A DNA stretch of 64,000 nt from Camelus ferus (Eukaryota): positions 118,484,001-118,548,000 of the forward strand of contig NC_045696.1 of assembly GCF_009834535.1 (NCBI RefSeq). The letters are read 5' to 3'. Below the pieces are notes generated by a model that had not been told where the DNA came from, searched no databases, and saw nothing but the letters and a program-made list of their open reading frames with translations. A program made the position numbers and the translations under genes. Below, in pieces: positions 12,478-25,330 of the stretch. Within the stretch, counting starts at the first letter, position 1, and the number at the start of each line of letters is the position of its first letter.

Positions 12478-13940
12478 TCAGATTAACGAACAAATAAAAA
12501 ACCTGAGCTATAGTTTCCCTTCATTTGGATTAAAAATTGAGACACAAAAACTATAAATTAGGCTTACTGTTTTCTTTCCCAAATCTTAATACACACTAAA
12601 TTCTTTCAGACTTTATTTCCATGACATTTTATGAATATGGAAACAGAACTCGGGCCCTGATTCCAAGTGCATCACTGCAATGATTACATTAATGGCAGGA
12701 ACTCACACTAAAAGACTCAAAGATTTCTTCACTGTATCCTCTCACTCATTCCCTCAGTGGGTAGTGAGAGAGAGACAGTGGGGACAACTTGAGCCTATAC
12801 AGTTAACTGATTTACTGAAAGTTTCACCGCCAGTCCCAGTGCCACTGTGGAGCTGGTATGCTGTCATTCTGACTGTCTAGTACAGTGTTCTTTCTCCTGT
12901 GATTGGATCCAGCCCACTAGCAGTTCTGCACTAGGATGGTTACATACTTACTGCCTTTTAACTGGCAACACTGTATGTTTAAAGGTATAAATTCCTGAGC
13001 ACAGATCTCTTATGCTGTTTGATCTATGATTAAAATAAATTGTTTAAAGTGTATTAAGCTTGAAAAGCAGTAAGAAGAACAGTTTTTAAAGTCTTTTTCT
13101 AGACAAAAGAGTAGGCTGTTCTAAATTTGAGATTGTCCTCTCTACAGATATCTAATTTAAAAACACCATGTTACGCAGCACAAAATCTACTAGAGAAATA
13201 AGGATCATCCACTGTTCACTGAAGAGCATGTGCTGTCTTTGGTTTTGAGGGTTATTGCGCTGACAAATGGTGCTAAGAGACGGCATTGTCACAGTAGCAA
13301 CCAGGGAGGAAAACCCAGAAGGACAGAATCTTAGGAGGGTGTTCAAAACTAGACGGAATCCCTTTGTATGGAGAAGGATGTGGTGCTGTTTTATACTTGG
13401 CTTTCTCCAGGGCGACAGAGAACAAAACTGTTGTTGTTATCATTTATGATTTACTCACAGCCCCTACCTGGTTTTCTGGTCCATTTGAAATCCCATTTTG
13501 TAAGTAGCCATTTTATAACTGGGAAAGTTAAGATGGTAAGGGTTTTCAAATAGTTGAAGATGCTGCGTGTGGTAATTATGCATATTTTCCTGCATGGAGC
13601 CCTAATACTTTTCCAGAGTATATGGCATTTGTTGAATGTCTTCTGCATGCCAGGTTTTTTGCAAGACACTTCTGTACACGTTGCCTTTGTTTTCAGTGGA
13701 GAGGTACAACGTTGTGTTAAAGCCTTAAGGTTTTCTTTTTGTTGTTAGCTCATTATTTTTGTTTTATATTTAATCCATGATAATTTATTTTATATGCTGT
13801 TTTATAGCTAAATACAAGAAGATGTGCCTAAATTTATGTCTGAATATTTACTACACCTGGCCTTCTACCCTGAGGGCTCTTTTCATTGTGTCTGGGAGGC
13901 TTCTCTGTGGCTCACAACAGAGTTGGAGTTCAGAGGCCAT

Positions 13941-14512
13941 CTGCTAGACCATGTACTCAAATGCAAAACAAGCCTCAACAAATTTAAGAGGAGAGAAATT
14001 ATTTCAAGCATCTTTTTTTGACTACCATGGCATGAAACTAGAAATCAACCACAGAAAGAAAAATGAGAAAAAAATGACTGCATGGAGATTAAGCAACATG
14101 CTACTAGAAAACCAATGGATCAACAACGAAATCAAAGAGGAAAATAAAAAACACCTTGAGAAAAATGACAATAAAAATACAGCCACACAGAATGTATGGG
14201 ATGCAGCAAAAGCAGTCCTCGGAGGGAAATTCATAGCAATACAGGCCTGACTAGAAACACAGGAACAATCTCAAATAAACAGCTTAACCTACCCCCTAAA
14301 AGAATTAGGTAAAAGGAAACAAACAAAGCCTAAAGTCGGCAGAAGAAAAGAAATAATCAATATCTGGGATGAAATAAATAAAACAGAAATTTAAAAATAG
14401 AAAATCAATCAAACCAGGAGCCGATTTTTTGAAAGAGTAAACAAAATTCACAAACCTCTGCCAGGCTCACCAAGAAGAAAAGAAAGAGGACACCAATGAA
14501 CAAAATAAGAAA
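13941..14512 (+). mobile_element. Internal L1 ORF2 fragment with a 10-bp target-site duplication
   Basis: Peptide FFDYHGMKLEINHRKK...WRLSNMLLENQWINNEIKEE...WDAAKAVLGGKFIAIQA. CAGAGGCCAT occurs at 13931-13940 and 14513-14522. Confidence 0.9.
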
Positions 14513-15129
14513 CAGAGGCCATGCGTATTGTCAGAACTTGACTTCTATACTCAGATGCCCCTGTTGTGACCATCTCTGCCAGGGACACGGGGAAGTCTAG
14601 AGGTGTTTATCCACCTGCACTTCCTCATCCATCACGCGGGGGTGATGGTAGCACTTCCCTTCGGGGCGTTAGCAGGATGTGTGGGGTGTTGTCGGTATTA
14701 TACATGGCAAGCTGCCAGGCACATTATATGTGCGTAATTTTTTTTTGAATTTCAGTTGTTCTTAGTCTATTTTTTTTACCTTGAGAAGTACTTAAATACG
14801 AAGTTAAACAATTTGAAGAGTGTTTCACTTAGAAATGTTACAGTTGCGGGTGTAGTTAACGTTGACTTACTCGTAAGTTAATGACGTGCATTGCTTTAAA
14901 CTTTCTCAAACAATCACGCCTCTGATTATCTTTACTGATTTCATTATTTTGTTGGTTTGTTGCCGCTGAAGAAACTGTTTAAACCAACTCCCTTAGACCA
15001 CTGCAGAACAGTGCGGGCCATCTAAAGGCAGAGACACGGGGGTCAGCTCTGCTTCACGTGGAGAGAGTGTTGTTCAGCCAGAGTTGAGGCGAGCGGGGAA
15101 ACACACGACCATGTATGTGGGCCATTCCT

Positions 15130-15310
15130 ACAGAGCCCCTGCCAGAACAGTCAGCTCCATTTATAAATGAGAGAAATAAAGATTTCATGAAGCAGCTTGC
15201 CTGAATTCACACACGTAACAAATGACTAGCCAGCATCTGATGTAGGTCTAATCTAGATTCTAGTCTAGATTGTCTGATTTCAGATTCAGTAGGTTTTTCC
15301 GGACACCACT
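15130..15310 (-). mobile_element. MIR
   Basis: ctccatttataaatgagagaaataaagat...gcttgcctgaattcacac. Confidence 0.55.
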
Positions 15311-15735
15311 CATCTTTGTCTCAACCTTCCCGAATAAGCTCTTCCGAGCGTGGCTTCAGTCCTTTGTTTTTAAAGCCTGTACAAACCCAGTTTCAATGTA
15401 GGCAAATGGCAAAACACAGTCTTTTTTCAGTCCTTCACTTTTTCCCTTGTGTCACTGCCCTGCTCTGATAAAATAAATCCTGGAGAAGGAACAGTATTGT
15501 GGATGAGTTTTTCAAATTCAACAAAAATTTACTGTAAAGTTTAAAACGAAATTCCTATTCTATCAGACTCCAACTGCGTTGTTTTTAAAATAGCTTGTAT
15601 TACTCTCTTTTGGTTCACTCAGTTGGACGCAGTTGTTTAAAAGGGACTTCATACTTGGCATATGTGATTGCAAACTACAACAGCTCTGGAAGGACAAGTA
15701 CAGAGGCTCACTACTAAGTTAGAGACGGCGTTATC

Positions 15736-16200
15736 TGAAGGCAGGTGCAACGTGCGAGGAGAACTTGACCTCCCCCAGCTAGGTTTTCAGCTGGGATTCT
15801 TTAACAAAAAGATTAGCAAGAGGTAAACAGGCAAGTTTACTAACACGCATACCTCATGTACACGTGGAGATACCCAGGGGAAATGAGCAGCCCTCGAAGA
15901 GATAAGTGGGGATTTCAGGGAGGGGGTGCAGGCCTCTGAGAGAAGAGTCAGTGATTCTCAGGAAAGACAAATGGGCCCTGAGAAGAAGAGGTGTGATAGT
16001 TTGTGCCAGAGTTTGTCTGGAGGGACTTAGGACAGTTGAGTTCCTTCTGCAGCATTTATCTTTAGGGGAGGCAAAGAGAAGGGGAGTTCAGAGAAAGCCT
16101 CTCCCTGCGTTTGCTGATTTCAGGTGCCCACAGCTCCCAGTCATCACTGTACCAAAGTGGCACATCTGGGGTTGGCGCGACCCAAACTCCTACAGCCACA
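15736..16200 (-). mobile_element. ERV1-class solo LTR with a 4-bp target-site duplication
   Basis: TG...CA termini. TATC at 15732-15735 and 16201-16204. The end ccaaagtggcacatctggggttggcg resembles laurasiatherian ERV1 LTRs. Confidence 0.75.
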
Positions 16201-16714
16201 TATCAGGGCGCCCTGCTCCACTTCCCTTTGGAGCTCAGGCTTGCGCGCCACGATAGCCCTAGGGCTGCTGCCCAGCACAGGATCTCGCAGATGCTCAGGA
16301 AACAGTCATTACATTCAGTGACTGGACGGACGGATGGACGGACGGACAGATGGGAGAAATGAGAGGAAGAATGTTAGCTCCTTCATTTGTTGTACAAGTA
16401 GAATATGAATCTGTGATTTAGCTTCTCTTATTTTGTAAACTGCATATTATTTGTATTTGTAAGTGTACTTTACAGCTTCCCGTGGGTTCAAATGTGTCGT
16501 CGAGCTGTAATAACATAGGATTGTTGCTCTGGTCCCTCCAAGTAAATACCTTCCACATCAGGCTGTTTTGCAAACTGGGCTGTGCTGATCTTCCTAGCTA
16601 CTCACAGCTGCTACACAGGAATATAAAGATTAACTGACTTTGCTGTTTGCAGGGATTATCTGCACCCATTATGTCCTCTGGTTTTCAAAACAATGGCCTT
16701 TTAAAACAAAACCA

Positions 16715-16945
16715 TGTGTTAGAGCCCTGCCGCTGCTGCCTGACTCACACACTTCAAAGCTTGGTCCACCCCCCAGTCACCGTGTGCTCTGGGCAAGTGT
16801 CGTAACCTTGCCAACGATCAGTTTTCTCATCTGTGAAGCAGGGATGATAACTGTACCCTTATAAAAAGACGATCATAGAAATTAAATGAGGTAATGCAGG
16901 TGGAGGTCTTGGTACAGGGCCTGGTCCCAGAAAGCCTTCCACCGT
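16715..16945 (+). mobile_element. MIR
   Basis: MIR core gtgtgctctgggcaagtg...cagttttctcatctgtgaagcagggatgataac...aattaaatgaggtaatgca. Confidence 0.85.
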
Positions 16946-18797
16946 GCACTGTCCTCTTAGAGAGAACGATGGTAACACCTGCTTGTCATTACACACCCAC
17001 CCTTCTGTACTTTAATTTCCTGCAGGGTAAGGACCATGTTCTCCCCTCCTAACACAGGGCCTGTCGTGGGTTAGGTACTCAACAAATATTGGCATGAGTG
17101 ATGTAGGCAGATAATTTATTTTTTAATCAGAAAGTTCTTTTCCAAATGACTACACTTAAGCTCAGAGAGGTTACCCCCAACTGGTTTTGAATAGCTGTTC
17201 TAAATCAGTCACTTAGATTATATCATTTAGTCTACAGGCCACTTTATGAAAGGCTTCCAGGGGTGTCCCAGGATCAGAGTCCGCACCTTTGAGTCTCGAA
17301 CCTGGAACCGTTGCCAGACCGCTGTCCTGTCTCTCTTACAAAATAGACAAGAATTCTTCCTGGGTCAGTTGCAAATGTATAATCATTATCATGGGATAAT
17401 CAGTTTATGAGTTAGAAAAGGAATTGATTATCTAAGTTTTATTAACTTGTTAGATTGCAAAGAAAACTGTACATGAAATGTTACACTCTTTGCAGTAGCC
17501 TAGGTGTTTGAGTTCTAGAGAGAAAAAGGCAACAGGTAACTGAATGTGAATATGATAAAATGAACAAATATGAAAAGAAGAGTGTGAACAGATAATAAAG
17601 GGTAGGGTAAGTGAGTACTTTACAAGTGAAAGCAGATGTATGAAATTACAAGCTGTCAGATCAGCGACGGAAATGAAGATGATAAAGTGTTTCCTCACAT
17701 AGATTATAATTATTCATTTTGCCCGGTCCTGTCTCCTTCTCCGTAATGTACAGGGGAGGGGCGGGCGGGCGGGGAAGCTGCAGCAAGAGTGATGTTTCCA
17801 GCAGCAGCAGAAGAAAAGTCGAAGAACAGGGTATTTTTTGATAACAGACAGTTGTTTATTTTATGATTTGTGTTGTTTCTGGTGGACCCCACTTGTTTTC
17901 CTGTGGAACATCTTTCAACTAACTGTGGGAATTAATGAAAAGGATTCAGTCGCAACAGCAGGAAGTTGTAACTGTAAAGTTTCTTCCCAGTTGTGCCACC
18001 GCCCAGGCAGTCAGCCTGGCTTACAAACCGGCGACGCTGATGGGCGGGACTGTGACAGCAGTGGCAGACGGATTGCCAAGAAATGAAGTAGTTCACACAG
18101 CCCTGCCTGGAAAGATGTGTTTAATAATTGCAGCCATAATTAGGTTGATTTGGGGGGGAAATTAAGTGGCAGTCTAAGGAACACAGTTCGGCTCATCTAT
18201 GAAGAGGTTGACACTTTTCCTCCCAGAAATGCTGCATAAATATTCTCCCTGAATTTCTGGTTACCTTTAAGAAAAGAAATAATTGGAAGAAATTATATTC
18301 TCTGTAATTTTGAGTTAGGAAATGTTTGCATATACAAAAAAATAAATGTAACATATAAGTTGTGAAGCGTAATAACCAGGGTAAATATTATTTTACAAGA
18401 ATTGTAAGCTGGTTCTTTCCCATTCATAAGATTTTTGTTACTAATTTCCAAGTAGCAAAACCAGAGACATTTAAATACAGCCATATAAATGGCAATAAAT
18501 ATGCATGCTTCTAAGAGTTTATTTATATTGCAAACACACACACATATCTCTATTCGAGGCACTTCCTTCCAGCACCCCCTGAGGACCAGTGCTAGTGCAT
18601 TAGATGGCAGTCAACAGTGCAGTGCGCTGCTTCAAAGACCATTTGGTAACGATCCTTTCCCCTCATTTCCTTTTATCTAATCAGTTGAGTTATTGGTTTG
18701 CTTTCTTTAAATCTAAGTTGTTACTTTGTTTCTCTTAGTAATGCAGATATCTTAAACAGTATTGCTTCTCAGTTATGCTTTTCCCCCCCTGATTCAG

Positions 18798-18904
18798 TGA
18801 TCTCGAGTAACTACCAGACCTGTCTCGGCCTTCTGATGCACTATCCACTAATTGGAGATGTCCACTCACTGATTCTTAAAGCTCTGTTCCTTCGAGACCC
18901 AAAG
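18798..18904 (+). CDS. TBC1D5: TBC1D5 internal coding exon (C-terminal part of the TBC/Rab-GAP region), 107 nt, entry phase 1, exit phase 0
   Basis: Acceptor ttccccccctgattcag|TG and donor AAG|gtaagc. Translates (L)ISSNYQTCLGLLMHYPLIGDVHSLILKALFLRDPK, which I recognise as mammalian TBC1D5. Embedded in ORF 18698..19003. Confidence 0.96.
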
Positions 18905-21900
18905 GTAAGCTTTGCAAGTGGGCTGATGTGCACAGTTTTAAGTTGGGTGAAAAATTGGTTTCTCAATACGACTCCAAGAATTCCTAATGTAGAACTTGTC
19001 TAGTGGCAGATGAATTGCCTAGTGAAAGAATTTGCCTAGAGCTGCAGGCCAAAACTTACATGCCTCATGGGCAGATAAGCCAATCAGCAGGCAAATGAAG
19101 TGGACGTTGCCATGAGAAACTGAGGTGTGCATCTCTTGTCCCTTGGAGGGTCGTTCTGCCCCCCTGTCTTCCTCATGACTGCTGCTCCCTGGACCCACAC
19201 TGCGTGATCACTGGTACCCCTCACAGAGGCAATCCAGGTGGAGCCTCAGGGGCGACGTGAAGACCAAGACATGAGAGCTATAAAAAGGACCAGTTTTCTA
19301 AAAGCTTATGATACAATGAAATACTAAATATTTCAGTTATTTAGTAATTGAGATATATCACATATTTCTCATTTTGTGGGTGAAGAGTTAACCTAATAAA
19401 GATTTAAGCAGACTTTAATGCTGATTTCTCTACTTGAACGTAAAGTCACCAAAATTTTCTTTACACTCCAGAGGAAAAGTGTGCTCTTTTACAACTAATG
19501 TTATATTTCTTGAAAATAAGAACATTTAATGATCTAAAAAAATCTGTGAATCTTCGATGCTTTTGAGCCAAACAAAAATATTGGATGAAGTATAAGAGAG
19601 AAAGCTTCAAACACGAATAGGAGAATGCCAGGCCTCGGGTGGTAATCCCAGCCTTTGGCTCTTTGGCAGAACTCCCAGCAGGCGTGTTGGCAGTTGTCGA
19701 ACTGCCTTTGAGTCAGTCTGTCTGTGGATTCCACTGCCAAAGTCTGTCTGATCGACTTGGACCTACAAATTCAACGTGCATTTTGATTCTAAAGGATTTC
19801 TGTCCTTTCCTCGGTTGTTGACTTCAGCATTTGATTTCAGCAACCTTTTATTTATTCTTTGCTTGATTTAAAATACTTTTTTTTCCCTTGAGCCTATATC
19901 CATTTTCTGCAGAAATACACCATTTTAATGTTATTTCTCCTACACAAAATTTCATTAAGTATCAGAAATATAATCCATTATTTCTCCGATACGTAAGGTA
20001 GCACTTTTTTTCTGGTAAGGATTAGGAGTCAGACAAATCTAAAGTTCCATTTTTTAATGTATATTTAGGGTGTATAAGTATCTATTTTTAACATGAAATG
20101 ACCAAGATAATGACATATCTATAAAAGGAATAAAGAATGAAGTTGCTGGTCAGTGAGGTATCTGAGTTTTGGTCTACAAACTTATGGTAAATTCTGTCAG
20201 CTCAGCATTAGGAATTAATTAGAGTAATTAGAGTGGGGGGAAATTGCTGAAATAACTATTCTAATTCTCTGCTTGTGTGATTTGTTTGGTTTAATTGAAA
20301 GGAAGGAAAGAGTATTTTATTTTAATCTTATCGATGCTGGTAGCTTTTCCCTGGCTAAACAGGGTTGATCTACCTATGAATCATCTGTCTCACTGTTGCA
20401 GAATTCTGTGTACTAAATCCATCAGTGTTCTTAGTGGAATCTGTGATTTTAATTCAGTGCTTTTAATCTCAGTAAGATCGTATATATAATACAGAGTATA
20501 AGGAAGCCAATTCTACAGGCATTAAAAATATATATTCTCTAAAGTTTAAGAGAAAAACACAGTAGTACAAATATCTAAAAGAACAGTGTACCCACTTTTA
20601 CGTTCAGGGTCTTACCAAGTAAAAACATAATAGAGATATTGGCCAAAAGGTACAGCCTTAAACTGATACTGCTGAGACATAAGAAATTGGGTGGAAGGAG
20701 GGAGTCGTGTTTAAGAAGCTCCTGAGAACAAGTGCATGTAGTGAAGACGTCTGTCAGGAAAATGACAGAAAGCTATAGAGTGCTAGGGGGTTTCAGGTGG
20801 GTGACCCCGTGAGGGGATAGTCTTAGCCAGATGTATGTGATGGCTGATCCAGTGACATCATGTAGTAAATGTCACTCGGCACGTATGCTAACTGTAGGTT
20901 TATCACTGTGTCCTTGCAAGGAGCCAGAGTTAGGAATCAGGACATCGGGTCACATCTTGACTCTCCTACCAAACATCCTGGTGATTTAGGGAAATTCATG
21001 CTTCCCAAGTCTTGCTCTTTTCTTTGGTGGTTGAATTAAACTGTCTCTAATAACCTGCCCAACCAGAGCAACGTTTGCTCGTTAAGAGCAGACTTTCTAA
21101 TGATCTAATAAGATCCAATCCAGTGCTACAAAGGTACATATGAAAAAGTGAAAATCCACAAGTTGACAGAGCTTTCAGTGTAGATAAAGTGCTACAGGGG
21201 GCCATGTACACCGAGGGGAGAGAAGAGAGGGGAAGGTGGAGCTGGTACCCCACCCACATCCTCTGAAAATCCAGACACTACAGTGCGCTCAGTGTTTTCT
21301 GTGTACTGACAATGGTGAAACATCGAAATCGGGGTGAGTCTAGAAACACACAGGTCTCTATGAAGCACATGAGTAGATGAGGTCTGAGGCAGGAAGGTGC
21401 ACTCTCCCGTGTGGCCCAGCCTCGCGTGGCTGTTGTGTTGAGCGCTGCTGACAGACTCAGTCACATGAAAATGGATGGGGGGCTCTGAGCCTCCAGAAGA
21501 GGCTTCAGCCTTCAGAGAAGCGCGGGGTCCTGCCGCCCCCCCCCAAACCCGGCACCGGCAGGGGGAGCTCGGATGAGGACACACTGAGCAGCACTGGAGA
21601 CGCGGAGCTGTTAGTTGTTTTATCTCAGGTGTCAGCTTCACTGTGAGCACATCCCTCATTGGAACAGACCGAGTCGTGGGCCTGTAAACTGTAAGCACAG
21701 ATCACACGCCTTCACCATTTCCCAGGGCTCTGACATGCTTAGTCTGGTCCCCACAGCAAGCTATGCGACAGACGCACGGCTTCTCTCTCCTCCTGCCTTT
21801 TCAGTGCAGAGGGTAGGGTTACGTGGCTTTCCCAAGGCCGAAAATCTCCACGCTTCCAAAATAGCTGGAGTGGTTCCCTGACCCTCATTTCTACTCACCT

Positions 21901-22419
21901 CTCCTGTGGTTGCCAGCGTCTGTTCCGCCTTCTTCAGGAAGCCACTCCCAGGCTCCCCAGACACGCACAGCTTCCCTGAGTCCTCACCGCACCTTGTATT
22001 TTTGCTGTATGTTTATATCTTTTATGAGTTATTCCTCCTCGTGACCCTGCTCACCTTTTAGCATTTAGCTTTGTATCCCGCAGTGATTGGTATTGAGAAA
22101 ACAGTAGAATTGAATTCTGATTCAAATGCTAAGCCTCTTCCAGCCCTGACTCTGAGCTAGGTGGACCTCACTCACCTCACTGGATTTCTAGAACCCATAC
22201 CTACGCTCCATAGAAACCATCGCCAGTGGTCTGTTTGTCAGCTGCCATTTTTATCAAGATGGTGAATTAACCCCACAAATTGAACTAAAAGGGCATTTAG
22301 TTCCTTAACTTGCTATCTGTCAGAAGTACTTGAAAACCTGTTACCACTGTCAGATATTATGGAACAGAGAAGACACAATAAAGAATCTAGTCAGTGTCTT
22401 CACTTAGATGGCCAGAATT

Positions 22420-22570
22420 CCAGAACTGCAAAGAACCTGGAGAGTCTAATTCAGCTTCTCCTTCTGTATATGAACAAATTGAAGGTCAGAGTGAAGTCAG
22501 GAGACAGACTCAAGGTCACACAGCTCGTCGGTGGCTGAACTAGCAGCTTAACCCAAGTCTTCCAGCCAGC
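22420..22570 (-). mobile_element. MIR
   Basis: gaacaaattgaaggtcagagtgaagt...actcaaggtcacacagct. Confidence 0.7.
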
Positions 22571-25029
22571 TTTCCATTTGACAAGGGCTGTAGCTTCATC
22601 AGTTTTAAAAATAGTGGAATCCTAGTTACTGATACTTCTCATACAAATTCTTTTCTTTTTCTTTTGGAGCAAACTTTTGCACCTGTAATAAATCAAACTG
22701 CCATGTACTTAAATGACCCAGGAACTACTTGAAATGTTAAATACATGCTATATGAAGAAACCAACGTCAGATGACTAGCATCCTGTGTCCCGTTCACCTT
22801 ATGATACGGTTTCTGAGCTTAGCTCTTCAGGCCACAGTCCTGATTCTTGTTTTTTTTATCTTTCATCATGTTAGAATCACTGAGCAGATTTCCAAAAACA
22901 ATCTGTTAAATGGAGCAGAGGGATAGAGGGAGGACAGTCTGAAAAATATGAAGTGATTAAAAAACATGGTTCTAACTAGTTGTTCAAATTCAAAAAAAAA
23001 AATTTTAAAACCCAATTAGAAGCAAAAGTCATAGAAAATGTGAACATATTGTGTTCCTTAAATAACCAGATGTTTTCTCCTTCCTGAAGGCAGTAAGGGC
23101 TAGGAATAAAAGGTTTAAAAGTATTGTTTTAAGTCAACTGTGAGTTTTGCAAATCTGTTTTTACCCTTTAGCAAATAAAATTCTAATATGGAAGCATAAG
23201 CAAAGTAATTTTCATTTTTCGGTGCTCTCTTGTTTGTGTTGTATGTTGAAGTGTTAACCTCATCACAAAGACTTATTACAAATGAAATACAGTACATGGA
23301 TTAACATTTTAGATTATTCAGTAGGAATTTGACAGCTACCATTTGTTTTGAAGACTAGAATATTCCCAAAAATTATTTCTGGTAAGTCCGCAAGCATCCC
23401 TTTTAGCAAGTGACTGTTATTGTTTATGGGAGAAAATTACTAGAAATAAGACCATTTAATTTTACAGTCATTCTTGTACACAGAAACATGCTGTAAAAAT
23501 ATAGTGTACAGTGTTCTTGGCCAATTCTGATTTGGCTTTTGTTTGGAGTTATATTAAATTTTGCTTTTTTAAGTGATAAAAAGCCTGAATATTCGCATTT
23601 CGGATTTTACGCAGGTAATAGGATTTTTACTCTTTAATTTCAAGAAAAAAAGCCCACTGTACCTGCAATTTTTTTTAATGGCAGATGGCTTTAGTAAAAT
23701 ATTATCTATCAGAATAAAAAAGTGGTGAGTGGGTTCAAGCCAAGCGATGGTGTTTGGAGATGCTGCATTCAGGGAACGTCTTCTTCTCTGAGCAGTAAGT
23801 AAGGGACCTAAAACAGCACACACGTCTTTGAGGAGGACGCACAGGGCCGTTGCTTACTTTCCATGAGGCTTCCATCCGAGGTTCTGTTCAGATTTTCTAG
23901 GATGTTTCTTGTCTGATTTTCTTTTACAGAAAGAATGTGTTACTTCTATCTTCTGCATCCCCCTTTTTTTAACCCAAAACCTGGAACATTTCTCTAAAAA
24001 CTGCCATTCTTGGAGAATCATTTTTTTGTGTATGTTTTCTCTGTTTTTTTCTTTGTATCTGAGCTTCGTGACTAGGTATCATTTTTATCACTAGATTACA
24101 ACCAACTGGATGTTTGTTATAGTTACAGGTATTGGGGATTAATCGGCTGTGTCTTCACACTCAGTCAGAAATACAGACTTTTTGACATAGGCTAGTATTT
24201 AAAAAACCTGAAGATTTACTTCTGAGTACATGGTGGCTTTCAAAAATCTGTAAAAGAGTAATCTAAAAATTTTTATTAAGCCTGTATTAGAAATGTGTTA
24301 TTTATTATGTTTGAACATTTCATAGAGTAGAACTGTGTGTTTCTCAAACAAAGGACTCCAAGGTAGAAAAGAGCTCAGACTGTTCATGGGACCAGAATCC
24401 CGGCAGACGGGGGGGCCCCACCCGAGATGGACAGGCAGGCCAGGGAAAACTTGTTAAGATCACATTTTGAAACTCTGTAAAGATTGCCAGATTCGTGGTA
24501 ATTCTTCCTGGTGATTAAGGCACCCTCTTATTATAAAATACTCTTGCTGTCAGCCAGAAGTTACAAACACTCTTCCCACACAGTTTCCCCACCTGCTAGA
24601 GCACATTCATTCTGACCGCTGGGCTGTCGCGTGGGTCTGGCCAGTAGGTTTTGTTTGATGTACAAGGACTGAGGCCAGGACTCTGACCTCTTCTAGTCAT
24701 ACATATTTCGCGTTTATCTTTTAGAAAACAGTCTTTGCTGCCTTCTGTGCACCACCCGCCTCAGGCAGCTTTGCTTTCTTTTATGTCAGCATCACACTCG
24801 CTACGTAGTGTTGTGGGAACTAAACCCATCTTTCTCATCTACCAGACCAGAGCCCTGCTCGGTCGGACTAGAGCCATCCATTGTGTGGCAGCCCCGCAAG
24901 GGGAGCTCAGGATGCAGGTTTCACTCACATCACTGCCTGCTGTGTCTATGGGGCAAGTCACTGCTTTCCTTGAACTGTTCCATGAAGAGGCTGCATCACA
25001 TAATCTCAAATCTTCTGAATCTGTGTTAG

Positions 25030-25330
25030 CAATTCAGTTCAATTCAGCAGATAGATTTTATGCCTACTTACAGTGTGCAGCGAACGAGAGCTGGTCCATG
25101 TGATGGGCCACAGTCCCTTATAGACGTGAACAGCTAGTTGTTATGGAAGATACGGTGAGTGACAGGTGGCAGCAAGAACAGCTGATTCGGGCTGAGACAG
25201 TCAGAAAGGCTTCCAGTGGGAAGAGGCATTCTAACTGGGCTTTGAAGAATTTTCTTGGGATGTTATTCTATCTTAAGAAAACAGCATAAGCAAAGCTCCT
25301 GAGAATTGCTGAGGCAGGTGTCCGGGCTGG
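25030..25330 (-). mobile_element. LINE-2 fragment
   Basis: gtcagaaaggcttccagtgggaagaggcattctaactgggctttgaagaat. Confidence 0.6.

Noticed and set aside
17010..17032. ttcctgcagggtaagg as a recursive splice site
   Set aside because: An extra G separates AG from GT, and it lies in an L2 3' end.
18698..19003. 101-aa ORF as a standalone gene
   Set aside because: Only 18798-18904 is coding. The rest is intron.
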